A DNA stretch of 64,000 bases from a virus. The notes under the pieces were generated by a model. The model was not told the origin of the DNA. It did not search any database and saw nothing but the letters and a program-made list of their open reading frames with translations. Positions 20,298 through 30,309 of the stretch are shown piece by piece (the stretch's first letter is position 1; every line of letters begins with the position of its first letter). The stretch is taken from the IMG/VR virus record IMGVR_UViG_3300046169_000069; one strand, written 5' to 3'. Made by a program: the position numbers and the translations under genes.

Positions 20298-21637
20298 GTG
20301 ATATCACCATTTGATAATTTAACACCAGAGAATGTTAGTGTATATGTACGTGGGGTAAATGAATGTTTACAGGCGAATATAAGATAGTCGCCAGATTTCT
20401 TTTTATCAAATAGGTCTGTAGGATCTCCGACCTTAGTGTTGCGGAGAAAACGTACTCTCAATTTATTACCAACGGTAGTATTTTCTTCACCATTAAAAAA
20501 GTCTAAACCATTTACTATAAAACTCATTGGGTCGCTGACCAGTAGTTGTGACAAAGATCGGTTCACTTCATTGAGCCGATATTGTGCGACCTCATCTTTT
20601 TCCGACAAAGATTTCTTGCCGTCAAAGGCTTGGGAACTGCCTATCCGCGTAATCTTTCTGGAGTTAATTTCAGTCTTACTGGACCACTCATATCTGGTCT
20701 TGTCATAAAGAGGCCGATGCGTTGTCTCCCAGAGTTTTTTGAAAGACGCCAACTTATCCAAAGCTTCTTTATTGATATCAAATCTAAAGGTATTGTCTTT
20801 CTTTTTCTCTTTCTTAGTTAAATTCAAATAAGTATAATCAGATCCTATTAATCCTCTATCAATTAACTTATAAACGTCGTATGTGTCTTTTGCCTGATAC
20901 GCCATAATCACTCGGCGTTTGGATTTATCTGCAGGCATACTCATTTGAGATTCATAGTGCGTGTATTCTTCGCCTTCGCCATTGTTCATTACGTCATCTT
21001 TTAACATTTTCGACATATCATAAAAGTGTAGGTTTCCCCCCACGAGTGTCGAATAGAGGTAGTATGGATATCCATCAACTGTAGTGACTCGGTTTTTTAT
21101 CCAACACATAGCATCTATTGGTGTTAGGTTAGGTATAATAACTTTCATCACTTGATTATCCGCCTCACCCAAACCTAAATTTACATCACGCCCCAAGAAA
21201 TCTTCCGCAATTTTTTTTATGATGTCTGGCGAACTACCAGTATATGATTGATTAATGTTCGTTAGATTGGAAAGGAACGCAATATCTTCTATCAAGTGCA
21301 TTGCAAAGAATTCTTCGTTGTCACTCACCTTATTTGATGAGAGTATCTTATCAATAAAAAAATGTTTATTAACAGGAACAGAGCCTTCCAAATTCGATTT
21401 CAAAGTTATCGATACTCTTTCCCCTCCACTTATATTAAGAACACCAACAACGTCTTCAATATCAACAAACCCAAGAACCGCAGTTACATATGGTTTGTCC
21501 AAATGTTCAAACACATCTAGATCAGATACGAGAGTGGAAATATCAAGCGGCTCTTGGAGGAATTCGGTGTGAATAAGTACGGTCTGGATTGATACAGCAT
21601 CAACGAATTCCGGTGCTGATGGTTTTAAATCGCTCAT
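20294..21637 (-). CDS. Baseplate hub protein (gp27-like position)
   Basis: Lies between gp53 and gp5; VFEHLDKPYVTA, IIPNLTP, DKKKSGDYLI..CKHSF. Confidence 0.65.
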   Translation of the reverse strand: MSDLKPSAPEFVDAVSIQTVLIHTEFLQEPLDISTLVSDLDVFEHLDKPYVTAVLGFVDIEDVVGVLNISGGERVSITLKSNLEGSVPVNKHFFIDKILSSNKVSDNEEFFAMHLIEDIAFLSNLTNINQSYTGSSPDIIKKIAEDFLGRDVNLGLGEADNQVMKVIIPNLTPIDAMCWIKNRVTTVDGYPYYLYSTLVGGNLHFYDMSKMLKDDVMNNGEGEEYTHYESQMSMPADKSKRRVIMAYQAKDTYDVYKLIDRGLIGSDYTYLNLTKKEKKKDNTFRFDINKEALDKLASFKKLWETTHRPLYDKTRYEWSSKTEINSRKITRIGSSQAFDGKKSLSEKDEVAQYRLNEVNRSLSQLLVSDPMSFIVNGLDFFNGEENTTVGNKLRVRFLRNTKVGDPTDLFDKKKSGDYLIFACKHSFTPRTYTLTFSGVKLSNGDIT

Positions 21638-22369
21638 TGTTGACTAATCGCTTGTCTAAACATTTGAACCACTCTGTTGACGGACTGGGGTTTTAGTACA
21701 ATAATACTACGCAAGCTTGTCATTTTCTTGCACATAGAACTCTAGATTAGTAACCTCCACGTATGGTTCGGTTGACAGGTCTAGTCTATTCGTATAGATT
21801 TCTCCGTCCTGTAAATAGTGGTGTGCAGACAGATATTGGAGTTCTACAGAAACCAATTGAAGTTGTTCTGAGCTGTCCTGTGCTGTTATTATATCTGTAG
21901 TATTGAACGAGGAAGTACCAGTTGTTTCAATAACTAGTTGACCTAGATCTAGGTTTCTTGATATAATAGTTCCTGTAGCGTAAGACGGGTCACCATTGGA
22001 CGCATTGTTCGCTTGTACTGTAGAACCCACCGCAAAGTCATCTACTATCAAATCGTCCACTGACAGTGTTACATATGGCAAATCTCGTTTTGCCTTTTCA
22101 ACTATCTCCGTATGATCTAAAGGCCATCCCTGTTCTCTCAGATGGTTGTTCATCAAGTATAGTGTCCAGTGTAACTGTGGATTCTCATATAAAATGAACG
22201 CTACATTATCAGGCCTTTCTCCGTTACGGATATAATAGTTTTTATAAAACGAACTATTTATTTTAACCTCATCTAAAATCTCAGCATACGATGAAAGATT
22301 TTGCATAACACCTTTTTCACCATTATCAAAGGTGTAAAGGGTTGATGTAAATTTATTAAAATATGACAT
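21634..22369 (-). CDS. gp53: Baseplate wedge gp53 (indel near 21715)
   Basis: MSYFNKF, YIRNGERPDNVAFILY..PQLHWTLYLMN, WPL; shifted C-terminus LRSIIVLKP. Confidence 0.9.
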
Positions 22370-23547
22370 TAGAATCCTTCCACAATATCTTTACGAGATA
22401 GTGTCTTCTCTTCTACAAAGTTCAGAGCTAAATCAATCTCTACAGGGCTTCCGTCTTTATGAAAGGCCATAGAAGAAGGGTTATAATTTGTTGCAATAGA
22501 CTTTAAAAAACACTCTTTCATTTTTGTACCTATTATTTTGGATGATGGTTCATGTGACACGTGAATTTCAAACATATCTGGGTACTTGTATCCAGCACTA
22601 ATGCCTCCGGCCTCAATTGATTCTGGATATGCATATGTTCTGAAACTTTTGATAATTTGTTCTACCATATCAGCTTCAGCTTTAGACCTAGCGATGAACT
22701 TAAACGAGAATGAGAATTCTCGCAAAGCAACTCCACGAAAGGCACTTCTTACATTGGGGTTGACAGTAACAGCTCCAGAGATCTGTGCAGCTGCACCCAA
22801 CTCAGCCCCTACGACCGGAACCTTACCTGCGAGTTGTGAAGAGGCCAATCTAGCAGCGTCTCCAGCTAAATTTCCACCGACAAGATCTATAATACTACTT
22901 GCAGCACGCTTTATACCAGACCCCGCAGCGGCAAGAACACCTTTACCCTGTGAAGCTGTAGCAGCAGCTGCCGCAGCACCGATCTGTCCAAGTTCAGGAG
23001 TTGCTATATTAAAACCATCATTCTGTTGTAGTGCAACGGGCAAATATAATTTTATATTAACTCCTCTGTACTCTGTTTTTCTAGGAGTGTATACGTCTTC
23101 AGGTTTATCTTTATTTTTGTTTGCCTCATAAGCCGTTGCTTTTGTTTCAGCTTCTTCTACGGCCTGTTCTTGCGACTTACCTTCGTTTTTTTCAGGATTG
23201 TAATCTTTGGAGTTTGCTTCTTGCAGTTCTTCAGTAATTTGACCGCGTTCTCCATCTTTTTTTACGAGACCTTCTACTACGCTAACAGCATCTAGCGAAG
23301 CACCACGAACAGACTTAACTTTGAATATGATGCTCGCACCATACCTATCTTTTTCGGACATAGGAAAATGAGAAGTTATGGTCACACCATCTTTATTAGC
23401 AGGAGGCACTATAGTTTCTTCTTCTACTTCTTCTGTAGATTCTTCTTTAACGCCACCAACCCCACCCAGTGCTCGACCTATCTCCTCTTGAGAAACTGTA
23501 TCTCCAACACCCTTATCTTGATCGATGAATGAATCTGATTCTGCCAT
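22369..23547 (-). CDS. gp48: Baseplate tail-tube cap gp48
   Basis: IKLYLP, VNPN...FRGVALREFSFSFKFIARS..EA, YKYPDMFEI, CFLKSIATNYNP, DGSPVEIDLALNFVE. Confidence 0.85.
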   Translation of the reverse strand: MAESDSFIDQDKGVGDTVSQEEIGRALGGVGGVKEESTEEVEEETIVPPANKDGVTITSHFPMSEKDRYGASIIFKVKSVRGASLDAVSVVEGLVKKDGERGQITEELQEANSKDYNPEKNEGKSQEQAVEEAETKATAYEANKNKDKPEDVYTPRKTEYRGVNIKLYLPVALQQNDGFNIATPELGQIGAAAAAATASQGKGVLAAAGSGIKRAASSIIDLVGGNLAGDAARLASSQLAGKVPVVGAELGAAAQISGAVTVNPNVRSAFRGVALREFSFSFKFIARSKAEADMVEQIIKSFRTYAYPESIEAGGISAGYKYPDMFEIHVSHEPSSKIIGTKMKECFLKSIATNYNPSSMAFHKDGSPVEIDLALNFVEEKTLSRKDIVEGF

Positions 23548-23564
23548 GATGTGCAACCTATGTC

Positions 23565-23589
23565 TATAAATATGATTTAACTATTTATA
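23565..23589. promoter_or_regulatory. Crossed divergent late promoters: TATAAATA at 23565-23572 (+) and 23582-23589 (-)
   Basis: Two exact motifs between gp48 and gp4. Confidence 0.85.
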
Positions 23590-23601
23590 CACGATTTTCA
23601 A

Positions 23602-24111
23602 ATGAAGACCTACAAAGGAAGATACAAACCAAAGAACGCATCCAAGTACGTGGGTGACGCGAACAATGTCGTGTATCGTTCTATGTGGGAACGACACGTC
23701 ATGAAATGGTGTGATGATAGTTCTGACGTTGAACAGTGGATGTCCGAAGAGTTGGTCATCCCCTACATCTGCGAGACCGACAATAAGCCTCACCGATATT
23801 ATATGGACTTCGTCATTCAGTACAAGTCTGGTCGTGTTGTACTAGTCGAGGTTAAACCCCACAAACAAACAATGCGTCCCGAACGTAAGCAAGGGAAATC
23901 CAGAAACACCTTACTAAACGAGGGGATGACTTACATAAAGAACCAATCCAAGTGGAAGGCCGCAAAGCAATATGCAGACGACCGTGGGTACCACTTTGAG
24001 ATTTGGACAGAGAATGAACTCACCGCTATGGGTATTATGCCTAAGCCATTACGATCCAAGAAACCAATCAAGAAATTGCCTCCGTTCAGAAAAAAGAAAA
24101 AACGCGTATAA
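23602..24111 (+). CDS. gp4: Head completion nuclease gp4
   Basis: YKGRYKPKN..KYVGD..NVVYRSMWE, SEELVIPY, HRYYMDF, VEVKP, NQSKWKAA. Confidence 0.92.
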   Translation: MKTYKGRYKPKNASKYVGDANNVVYRSMWERHVMKWCDDSSDVEQWMSEELVIPYICETDNKPHRYYMDFVIQYKSGRVVLVEVKPHKQTMRPERKQGKSRNTLLNEGMTYIKNQSKWKAAKQYADDRGYHFEIWTENELTAMGIMPKPLRSKKPIKKLPPFRKKKKRV

Positions 24112-24114
24112 ATA
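24107..24114 (+). promoter_or_regulatory. Late promoter TATAAATA upstream of gp2
   Basis: Exact motif. Confidence 0.8.
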
Positions 24115-24141
24115 CAGTTAAGAATTTTTACGGAAGCGCAC

Positions 24142-24732
24142 ATGTCTAACATATTTCAGAACCTAGAACTGCAGGCGTTTCGTGCTGGGATCACTCCGCG
24201 TACCAAGGAGTCCCGTGAGTGGTTCAGAAAGAAGATCAAAAGTCTTAAAAGTATTAATCGTGAATCCTTGATGAAAGAGGACCCGCTGAAGCAAACAGGC
24301 AGAGAGATCATAGGTAGCATGTATATGTTCTTCTACGACCCGAAGCACAAAGAGACTTTGCCGTTCTACGACACGTTTCCATTAGTTGTCGTTGTTGGTC
24401 CAGCTGAAGGTGGGTTCTATGGTTTGAACCTACACTACCTTCCACCCATCTTACGTGCGAAGATGTTGGATGCGTTGATGGACATCACAACAAATAATAA
24501 GTTTAACGACTCAACGCGATTCAAGATGTCGTATGAACTGTTGGCGAAGACGGCAAAATTAAAGTATTTCAAACCGTGTTTCAAACACTACTTGAACGAA
24601 CATGTACAGAGTAAGTTCGCGATGGTACCCGCACCAGAGTGGGAGATCGCAACATTCTTACCGACAGCTAAGTTCGAGAAGGCAAGTATCAACGCAGTCT
24701 ATAAAGACTCCAGACAGAAGATAACAGACTAA
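24142..24732 (+). CDS. gp2: DNA end protector gp2
   Basis: MYMFFYDPKHKETLPFYDTFPL, GLNLHYLPP, KPCFKHYL, WEIATFLP. Confidence 0.92.
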   Translation: MSNIFQNLELQAFRAGITPRTKESREWFRKKIKSLKSINRESLMKEDPLKQTGREIIGSMYMFFYDPKHKETLPFYDTFPLVVVVGPAEGGFYGLNLHYLPPILRAKMLDALMDITTNNKFNDSTRFKMSYELLAKTAKLKYFKPCFKHYLNEHVQSKFAMVPAPEWEIATFLPTAKFEKASINAVYKDSRQKITD

Positions 24733-25355
24733 TGGCAGGCATAGAAGAATTAAAAAGTAAACTGATCTCCAAAGGTGGTCTGGCTATGAACAACCAGTTT
24801 CTGGTTGAACTTCCATCAATGGGCGGAACAAAAGGTCGTACGTTGAATGTACTGTGTAAAGAGGTGTCCTTGCCGGGAAAGCAGATTCTAACATTAGATC
24901 AAACACTAGGAATGTATCAAGAAAAAATCGCTAATGGATTTGCGGCAGAAGATGTCTCTATGACATTTTATGTACCTAATGATTACTCTACTAAGAAATA
25001 TTTTGACACGTGGCGATCTAAAATTTTATATAAAGATAATGGCGCTCTGGTAGTAGGATATAAAAAAGATTATGTACACGATATTACCATTAGACAATTG
25101 AAAAAACCAGTGGCGCGTTTTGGGTTTGATCTTGGCCCGTTAGACATCAACTTCGATGTTTTAGGAAAATCTATATACAGTGTGAAATTACTAGAAGCCT
25201 TTCCTACAAGTCTTGCTTCTATTCAACTATCAAGCGAGCAGGATCAGATAGTAGAGTTTACCGTTCAGTTCTCATATACAGATTGGGTAACTGTTGACAA
25301 TGAAAAAGAAGGAATATCAGCAAAGATTGGTCTTAATCTAGGCAAATACATTTAA
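24732..25355 (+). CDS. Tail tube/baseplate tube initiator (gp19/gp54-like)
   Basis: GGLA..NQFLV, VSLPGK, MTFY, YFDTW, VKLLEAFPTS, FTVQFSY..W. Confidence 0.75.
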   Translation: MAGIEELKSKLISKGGLAMNNQFLVELPSMGGTKGRTLNVLCKEVSLPGKQILTLDQTLGMYQEKIANGFAAEDVSMTFYVPNDYSTKKYFDTWRSKILYKDNGALVVGYKKDYVHDITIRQLKKPVARFGFDLGPLDINFDVLGKSIYSVKLLEAFPTSLASIQLSSEQDQIVEFTVQFSYTDWVTVDNEKEGISAKIGLNLGKYI

Positions 25356-25370
25356 ATTATAGGATACATT

Positions 25371-26079
25371 ATGGCATTACCAAAACTTAACTCGTTACCT
25401 GTGTATGAGATGACCGTTCCGTCTACTGGACAGAATGTGACATACCGACCCTTTCTAGTTAAAGAACAGAAAAATCTATTAATTGCATTTGAAGCTTCAA
25501 AACCGGCGCGATTTAGTTCGTGCGGTACAACGCACCATTGAGGCGTGTGTGGAAGATGATATTAACAGCAACCTCACGACGTTTGACGTTGACTACATGT
25601 TCACTAAGATTCGTTCTAAGTCGGTCGGTGAGACCGCTGACATTCTCGTACCGTGTTCAGAGTGTGAAACTAAAAACGATGTCAAGGTTGATCTAGATGA
25701 CGTAGTTGTCGACTCTGAGATTCCAGAGATGATGATTCAAATTACCGAAGATATATCTGTACAGATGAAGTTTCCGACATACGACGACTTCTTAGGGAAC
25801 ACAAATCTGCTAGACAGTACAACGGTCACTGAAGCTTTATTACAGTTGATCATAACATGTATGGATTCTATATTGACCGAAGAAGAAAGATACTCTTTAG
25901 GCGATGAGTCGGTTGAAGATGTACTTAACTTTTTGGAATCAATGACCAGTGACCAGTTTGAAAAAGTCTCTCAGTTTGCGAACAACATTCCAAACTTAAC
26001 AAAAACAATCTCATTCTCGTGCGAGTCTTGTGGCCACGAAAACGAAAAAACATTGAAAGGACTTGACGATTTTTTTTAA
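25371..26079 (+). CDS. gp26: Baseplate hub assembly protein gp26 (indel near 25495)
   Basis: MALPKLN..P.YEMTVPSTGQ.V.YRPFLVKEQK.LLIA, FDVDYMF.KIRSKSVGE, CxxC twice, ends GLDDFF. Confidence 0.9.
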
Positions 26080-26258
26080 TTAACCTCTCTCACGACAACC
26101 TGACCAACTACTATCAGGTTAATTTTCAGTTGATGAACAATTTCAACTATTCGTTGGCAGAGGTGGAAACAATGCTCCCGTGGGAGAGAGAGATTTACTT
26201 AACACTATTAGTAGATGACATAACAGAAAAAAATCAAAGGGCGAAACAAAAAGGATAA
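26070..26258 (+). CDS. gp51: gp51-like baseplate hub assembly catalyst in the -1 frame; its conserved N-terminal part has no start codon (not in ORF track)
   Basis: FFLINLSHDNLTNYYQVNFQLMNNFNYSLAEVETMLPWEREIYLTLL...; M.PWEREIY is the gp51-type motif. Confidence 0.8.
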   Translation, partial: FFLINLSHDNLTNYYQVNFQLMNNFNYSLAEVETMLPWEREIYLTLLVDDITEKNQRAKQKG

Positions 26259-26261
26259 AAA

Positions 26262-27957
26262 ATGAGCCTTAGAGAGTTATCGGAAAAATTAGGGCAACAG
26301 ACTGATCTCATGCAAGAGATCGGTTCGGATATTTACGACTACTTGAATAGTGTTATATCGAGTAATGATATTGCAAGTCTCCACTTAGAGGAACTCAACA
26401 CCACTAATCAACAAATACTTAATGCCATAGAAAGACAAAGTCAATCTACGGGCGATGATCTAGAGGAAAAACGAGATCAACAAGTATTCAATAAAACGAT
26501 GGTCGATCTTTTGCGAGAGATCTCGTCTAACACCAAAGGCGAATCGGGCGGTTCCGGTGGAAGTGGACCCAAGCAAGGAAAATTCGCTGGAGCCCTTGCG
26601 GGGGGTCTAGGTATCGCCGCAAAAGGAATGGGTTTAGCAGCAGGTCTAGGCGCATTGGGTTTTGGTATTGGCGCCTTCTTTACTGGATTGTCTCTTGGTG
26701 ACAAAGCACAAGCCATGCTTGGTGTTGATATGTCAGCTACCAAGAAAAATATGATCACTCTTGGCGAGGCGTTCTCAGAAACACCGACAGACGGTCTTTT
26801 AAAAATGGGCGCAGCCATGGCAATCGGTGCAAAGTTCGGTAGTATCAAAGGTGCCCTTAAAATGGGATTCTTCGGTGCTGGCATAAGTGCCTTCTTTGGC
26901 GGTCTAGCGTTGGGAGATAAAGGCATGTCTGCAATGAGCGTAGATGGTTCTACGCTTTTTTTTAAATCTATGTTGGTTAATCTGGGCGAAGGATTAAACG
27001 CATTTAGTGGCACATCGTTACTCGCGCTCGGTGGACTTCTGGCGTTCGGCACCGCATTTGGTTCAGCTGCAGTTGTGGGTCTTCCGTTGTTGGGAGCTGG
27101 ATTGGCAGGATTCTTAACTGCTATATAGCAGGAGCGGCCGGACTGCTTGGTAAAGCAGGAATAGACGGAAGCAATCTTAAATCTATTTTAGTAAACGTCG
27201 CAGAAGGTCTCACTCCACTAGGACAGATAGACGGTACCAATCTTATTGCGGTTGGTGCAGCTCTATGGCCGCGGTTGGTGTCGGAATGGTCGCTCTTTTT
27301 TCAGGAAAGGGTATCGCTAGCGTTATGGACTTCATCGGGGGATTTTTTGGTGGAGACGATGAAGAAGATATGTTCACCAAACTTTATAATGGTCTTCAAC
27401 CACTATCCACACTGAACGCAGATAACCTAACAGGATTAGCTACAATCTCAGGCATTATCGGTGGTCTTGCAGGTTCACTCGAACGACTCTCAGATATCGA
27501 TTATGGCGACGTAAAAAGTTCGGTAAAGGATTTGGGTAAGATTCTTGCATTTACTATTCCGATGTTAGATGCGGCAGGTAAAGGGACTGTTATTGGGGAT
27601 GGGTTTTTTGATGGATATCCGGAACTGAATTTTGCGCCTGGACTTGATAATATCCCCCAGAGCACGTTTGATAAAATAAATTCCGTTGTGTCTGTGAAAG
27701 GACCATCACAACAATCTGCGCCTTTATCTGTAAATGATGCAACACAACAATCTGCAGCAACTTCTTCTAATAACATGTCTACCTTGATTCGTGAGAACAA
27801 CGAGACTAAAAATAATTCTCCGGTTATCGTCATGGACAATAGTACGTCAAACAATGTTTCTGGCGGCGGTGGTGGCGGTGGTGGAGCATCTATCGTTGCC
27901 GGAACAATTTCTCCATTCGATACATACGATCCATATTTAGCGACACGCAAGGTGTAA
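26262..27957 (+). CDS. Tape-measure-like protein (gp29 position; indels near 27125 and 27265)
   Basis: Coiled-coil N-terminus, long Gly/Ala-rich hydrophobic repeats, C-terminal PVIVMDNS.SNN; follows gp26/gp51. Confidence 0.6.
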
Positions 27958-27986
27958 AAAAGGGGACTTGATGTCCCCTTACTTTT
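27956..27986. terminator. Bidirectional intrinsic terminator
   Basis: AAGGGGAC-TTGAT-GTCCCCTT flanked by A and T tracts between convergent genes. Confidence 0.85.
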
Positions 27987-28260
27987 AGTTGGTAGAGTTT
28001 CTATCGAGTGACTCAATCAAGATCATTTTTACGATCCTTGATTTGGTATAAGACTTCGGTACCATCAACCCCAATTCTTCGGCCATCACAACTAATTGTG
28101 CCCTAGTTAATGACATTAAATCAGCCTGATCAGGTTGAGTAGGAGTGGTAGGAGAAGAGCCCCCACCCGTAGTCTTTTCCGGTTTGCGTGATACTGATCG
28201 GTAGATCAGACCAAGTGCGACTAGTCCCGCTAGGACCAGAATAATCATATTGTTATCCAT
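27985..28260 (-). CDS. Small membrane-anchored protein with Rho-N/SAP-like helix-extension-helix domain
   Basis: N-terminal TM IILVLAGLVALGLIY, G/S/P/T linker, LMSLTRAQLVVMAEELGL..PKSYTKSRIV. Confidence 0.65.
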   Translation of the reverse strand: MDNNMIILVLAGLVALGLIYRSVSRKPEKTTGGGSSPTTPTQPDQADLMSLTRAQLVVMAEELGLMVPKSYTKSRIVKMILIESLDRNSTN

Positions 28261-28263
28261 TTT

Positions 28264-29211
28264 TTAATCCTCCGCTGCCATCTGTGCGAAGTACGACAGG
28301 GTGTCGTCTTCTTCGGTCGCAACCGCTGCAGGGGCAGGGGCAGGAGCAGCTACGATTGTTGGTTCAGAAGATTCTTTCCAAGGAGCAGATTCTGCAGTTT
28401 GGGCGAGAGCCTCATTCTTAACAGTTGCACCAGAACCTGTTGCAAGTCCCAACACAGTCTCCAACTTGTTCTTCAACTCATCATAAGTCTTAAACCAGTT
28501 GGCATCGTGTGCGTTAGGGTAGTTAGGTACTACAAACTCATTCAGATCGTACAACGCATTGTACACGGCTTCAAGTTGCGTCTCATCTGAACCTAAGTGT
28601 GCAGAAGGGGACTTGAAGTCCGACTTATCGTAGTTACGATACCCAGCGACATTACGGATCTTCAGTTCAAAGTCTGCGCCGCCCCAGAAGTCAAACGGAT
28701 TGACTGGAGTCTCGCCTGGGAATTCTGGTTGCATCTGGTCCATGATCTTATCAAAGATCTTCTTACCGAACTCATAGAGGAACGTCTTGCCGTTATTGGC
28801 AGGGTTCGCGGGATCATTGATCACTTGGATATTAGTGACGTAGTGTAGACGACGCTTCTGGCGACGTGCGGTCTCTTTGTCCTCTTCGATACCTGAGTTC
28901 CACAGACGTGAGTTCAACTCACCGACTGGGTCGTTCTGACCAAGGGTAGTGAGTGATCGTTCGATGTACCATTGTCCGGTTGGACCCTTGAATGCGTGGT
29001 CCCAATAACGTACCCACGGAAGATCTTGTCCTTCAGTAGCAGGAAGAAAACGAATAACAGCGTAGCCGTTGCCCTGTTCATCAACAGTAGGCTTCCACTT
29101 GCGATCGTCTTGGTATTTGTTGGTGTTGGTTGTCTGACCTGACGCTTCGGTCGCGGCAGTGACAAGTTTGGAGATGTCCATAGATCTGGACTTTAGATTT
29201 GCAAAAGACAT
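28264..29211 (-). CDS. gp32: Single-stranded DNA-binding protein gp32
   Basis: DDRKWKP.VD..GNGYAVIRFLPA, HAFKGPTGQWYIE.SLTT, FGKKIFDKI, NPFDFW.GADF.LKI, acidic tail. Confidence 0.97.
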   Translation of the reverse strand: MSFANLKSRSMDISKLVTAATEASGQTTNTNKYQDDRKWKPTVDEQGNGYAVIRFLPATEGQDLPWVRYWDHAFKGPTGQWYIERSLTTLGQNDPVGELNSRLWNSGIEEDKETARRQKRRLHYVTNIQVINDPANPANNGKTFLYEFGKKIFDKIMDQMQPEFPGETPVNPFDFWGGADFELKIRNVAGYRNYDKSDFKSPSAHLGSDETQLEAVYNALYDLNEFVVPNYPNAHDANWFKTYDELKNKLETVLGLATGSGATVKNEALAQTAESAPWKESSEPTIVAAPAPAPAAVATEEDDTLSYFAQMAAED

Positions 29212-29272
29212 AATATGTACCTTGTATAAACTTAAATATAAACTAAAATATGAATTGCCTCTAGGGCACTTC

Positions 29273-29280
29273 TATTTATA
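29273..29280 (-). promoter_or_regulatory. Late promoter TATAAATA upstream of gp32
   Basis: Exact motif overlapping the gp33 stop. Confidence 0.8.
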
Positions 29281-29512
29281 CGTCTAGTGTGTTCTGCTGA
29301 GGGAGAAAATGTAACTGTCTCGCTTCAGCCTCGAGATGTTCAACTATAGTCGGAGACAAGTATTTCTTAATGTCTTCTAACTCTAGTCCATTCTCTTCAC
29401 ATAGATGTACAATAGCGTCCATATAGGACTGTTTGTTTCGAAACACGAAACTCTCAACCATAGTTGAGAAAGATTTTTTGGTTAGGAACTTCTCTTCAGT
29501 TTGTTCATCCAT
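29276..29512 (-). CDS. gp33: Late transcription coactivator gp33
   Basis: FSTMVE, SYMDAIVHLCEENGLELE.IKKYLS..I.E.LEAEA..LHFL. Confidence 0.88.
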   Translation of the reverse strand: MDEQTEEKFLTKKSFSTMVESFVFRNKQSYMDAIVHLCEENGLELEDIKKYLSPTIVEHLEAEARQLHFLPQQNTLDV

Positions 29513-29756
29513 CGAGTACCTCAACTTGCGTGACGTTTTCCACACGGAAAGACCGCCAAGCTTGCTTATCGATAGCGAACGCACGTACAACTGAGTTGTT
29601 CACAGCCAATGCAGCCGCAGTCTCACCCTGTTCACGTGTCGGTAACAACTCAGGTAAAAGGGTACAGGGCATAACACGCTCTTCTCCATCTACCTTTGTG
29701 AACGTGACCTGTAAGATGTTAGACTTTAACTGTTCAACAATGTTTTCATATGACAT
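29505..29756 (-). CDS. SH3/WYL_2-like (DUF2693-like) phage protein
   Basis: VTFTKVDGEERVMPCTL, IDKQAWRSFRVENV; AGGAGG RBS. Confidence 0.75.
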   Translation of the reverse strand: MSYENIVEQLKSNILQVTFTKVDGEERVMPCTLLPELLPTREQGETAAALAVNNSVVRAFAIDKQAWRSFRVENVTQVEVLDG

Positions 29757-29766
29757 TGACGCCTCC

Positions 29767-30054
29767 TTAGAATCGTTCGTATTCATCGTCCTCGGCGCCT
29801 TCTTCACCAGTATCTGCATGAACGGCTTCGAGAAACTCTTCACTCTGATCAAGAACTGCAATCGTGTGCTCAAACGCTTCGAGCGTAGAGATTACATTCA
29901 TACGTTTCTCATCGTCTTCAGGAAGTTCTGCGAACTCCTTAACGAAGGTATCCAGAGTGTCTAGATATGCAATGCGCATGTACTCACGTGCGATGAGTTC
30001 TACATCATTGCGAGGGTATTGACCTAAGTCAATAAGGTTTTCAGGTAGGGACAT
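29767..30054 (-). CDS. Hypothetical acidic protein
   Basis: ORF translationally coupled to the upstream gene; GAGGAG RBS. Confidence 0.6.
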   Translation of the reverse strand: MSLPENLIDLGQYPRNDVELIAREYMRIAYLDTLDTFVKEFAELPEDDEKRMNVISTLEAFEHTIAVLDQSEEFLEAVHADTGEEGAEDDEYERF

Positions 30055-30278
30055 TAATTCCACTCCTCGTTTTGGTTAGCTTCATATACGTCTGAGAAAT
30101 GAGTATTCACAAATTTAACCTCATCTCCCCAACGCACATCCGACTTATAGTCTTGACGATCAAGACGTTCTACTTCATCAGCGAGACGTTTATTTGCCGC
30201 ACTGATTTTGCCACGCTTCTGAATCTTAAGTGCAGCTGCACGAATCATTGCGTAACGTTCTTCTTTCGAAATTGACAT
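30054..30278 (-). CDS. Hypothetical protein
   Basis: ORF with GGAG RBS. Confidence 0.6.
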   Translation of the reverse strand: MSISKEERYAMIRAAALKIQKRGKISAANKRLADEVERLDRQDYKSDVRWGDEVKFVNTHFSDVYEANQNEEWN

Positions 30279-30280
30279 AT

Positions 30281-30309
30281 ATTATACTCCAAAAAACTCT
30301 TCTTGTCAA
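30281..30309 (-). promoter_or_regulatory. Sigma70-type promoter TTGACA-N17-TATAAT overlapping an RBS
   Basis: Minus strand TTGACAagaagagttttttggagTATAAT. Confidence 0.65.
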
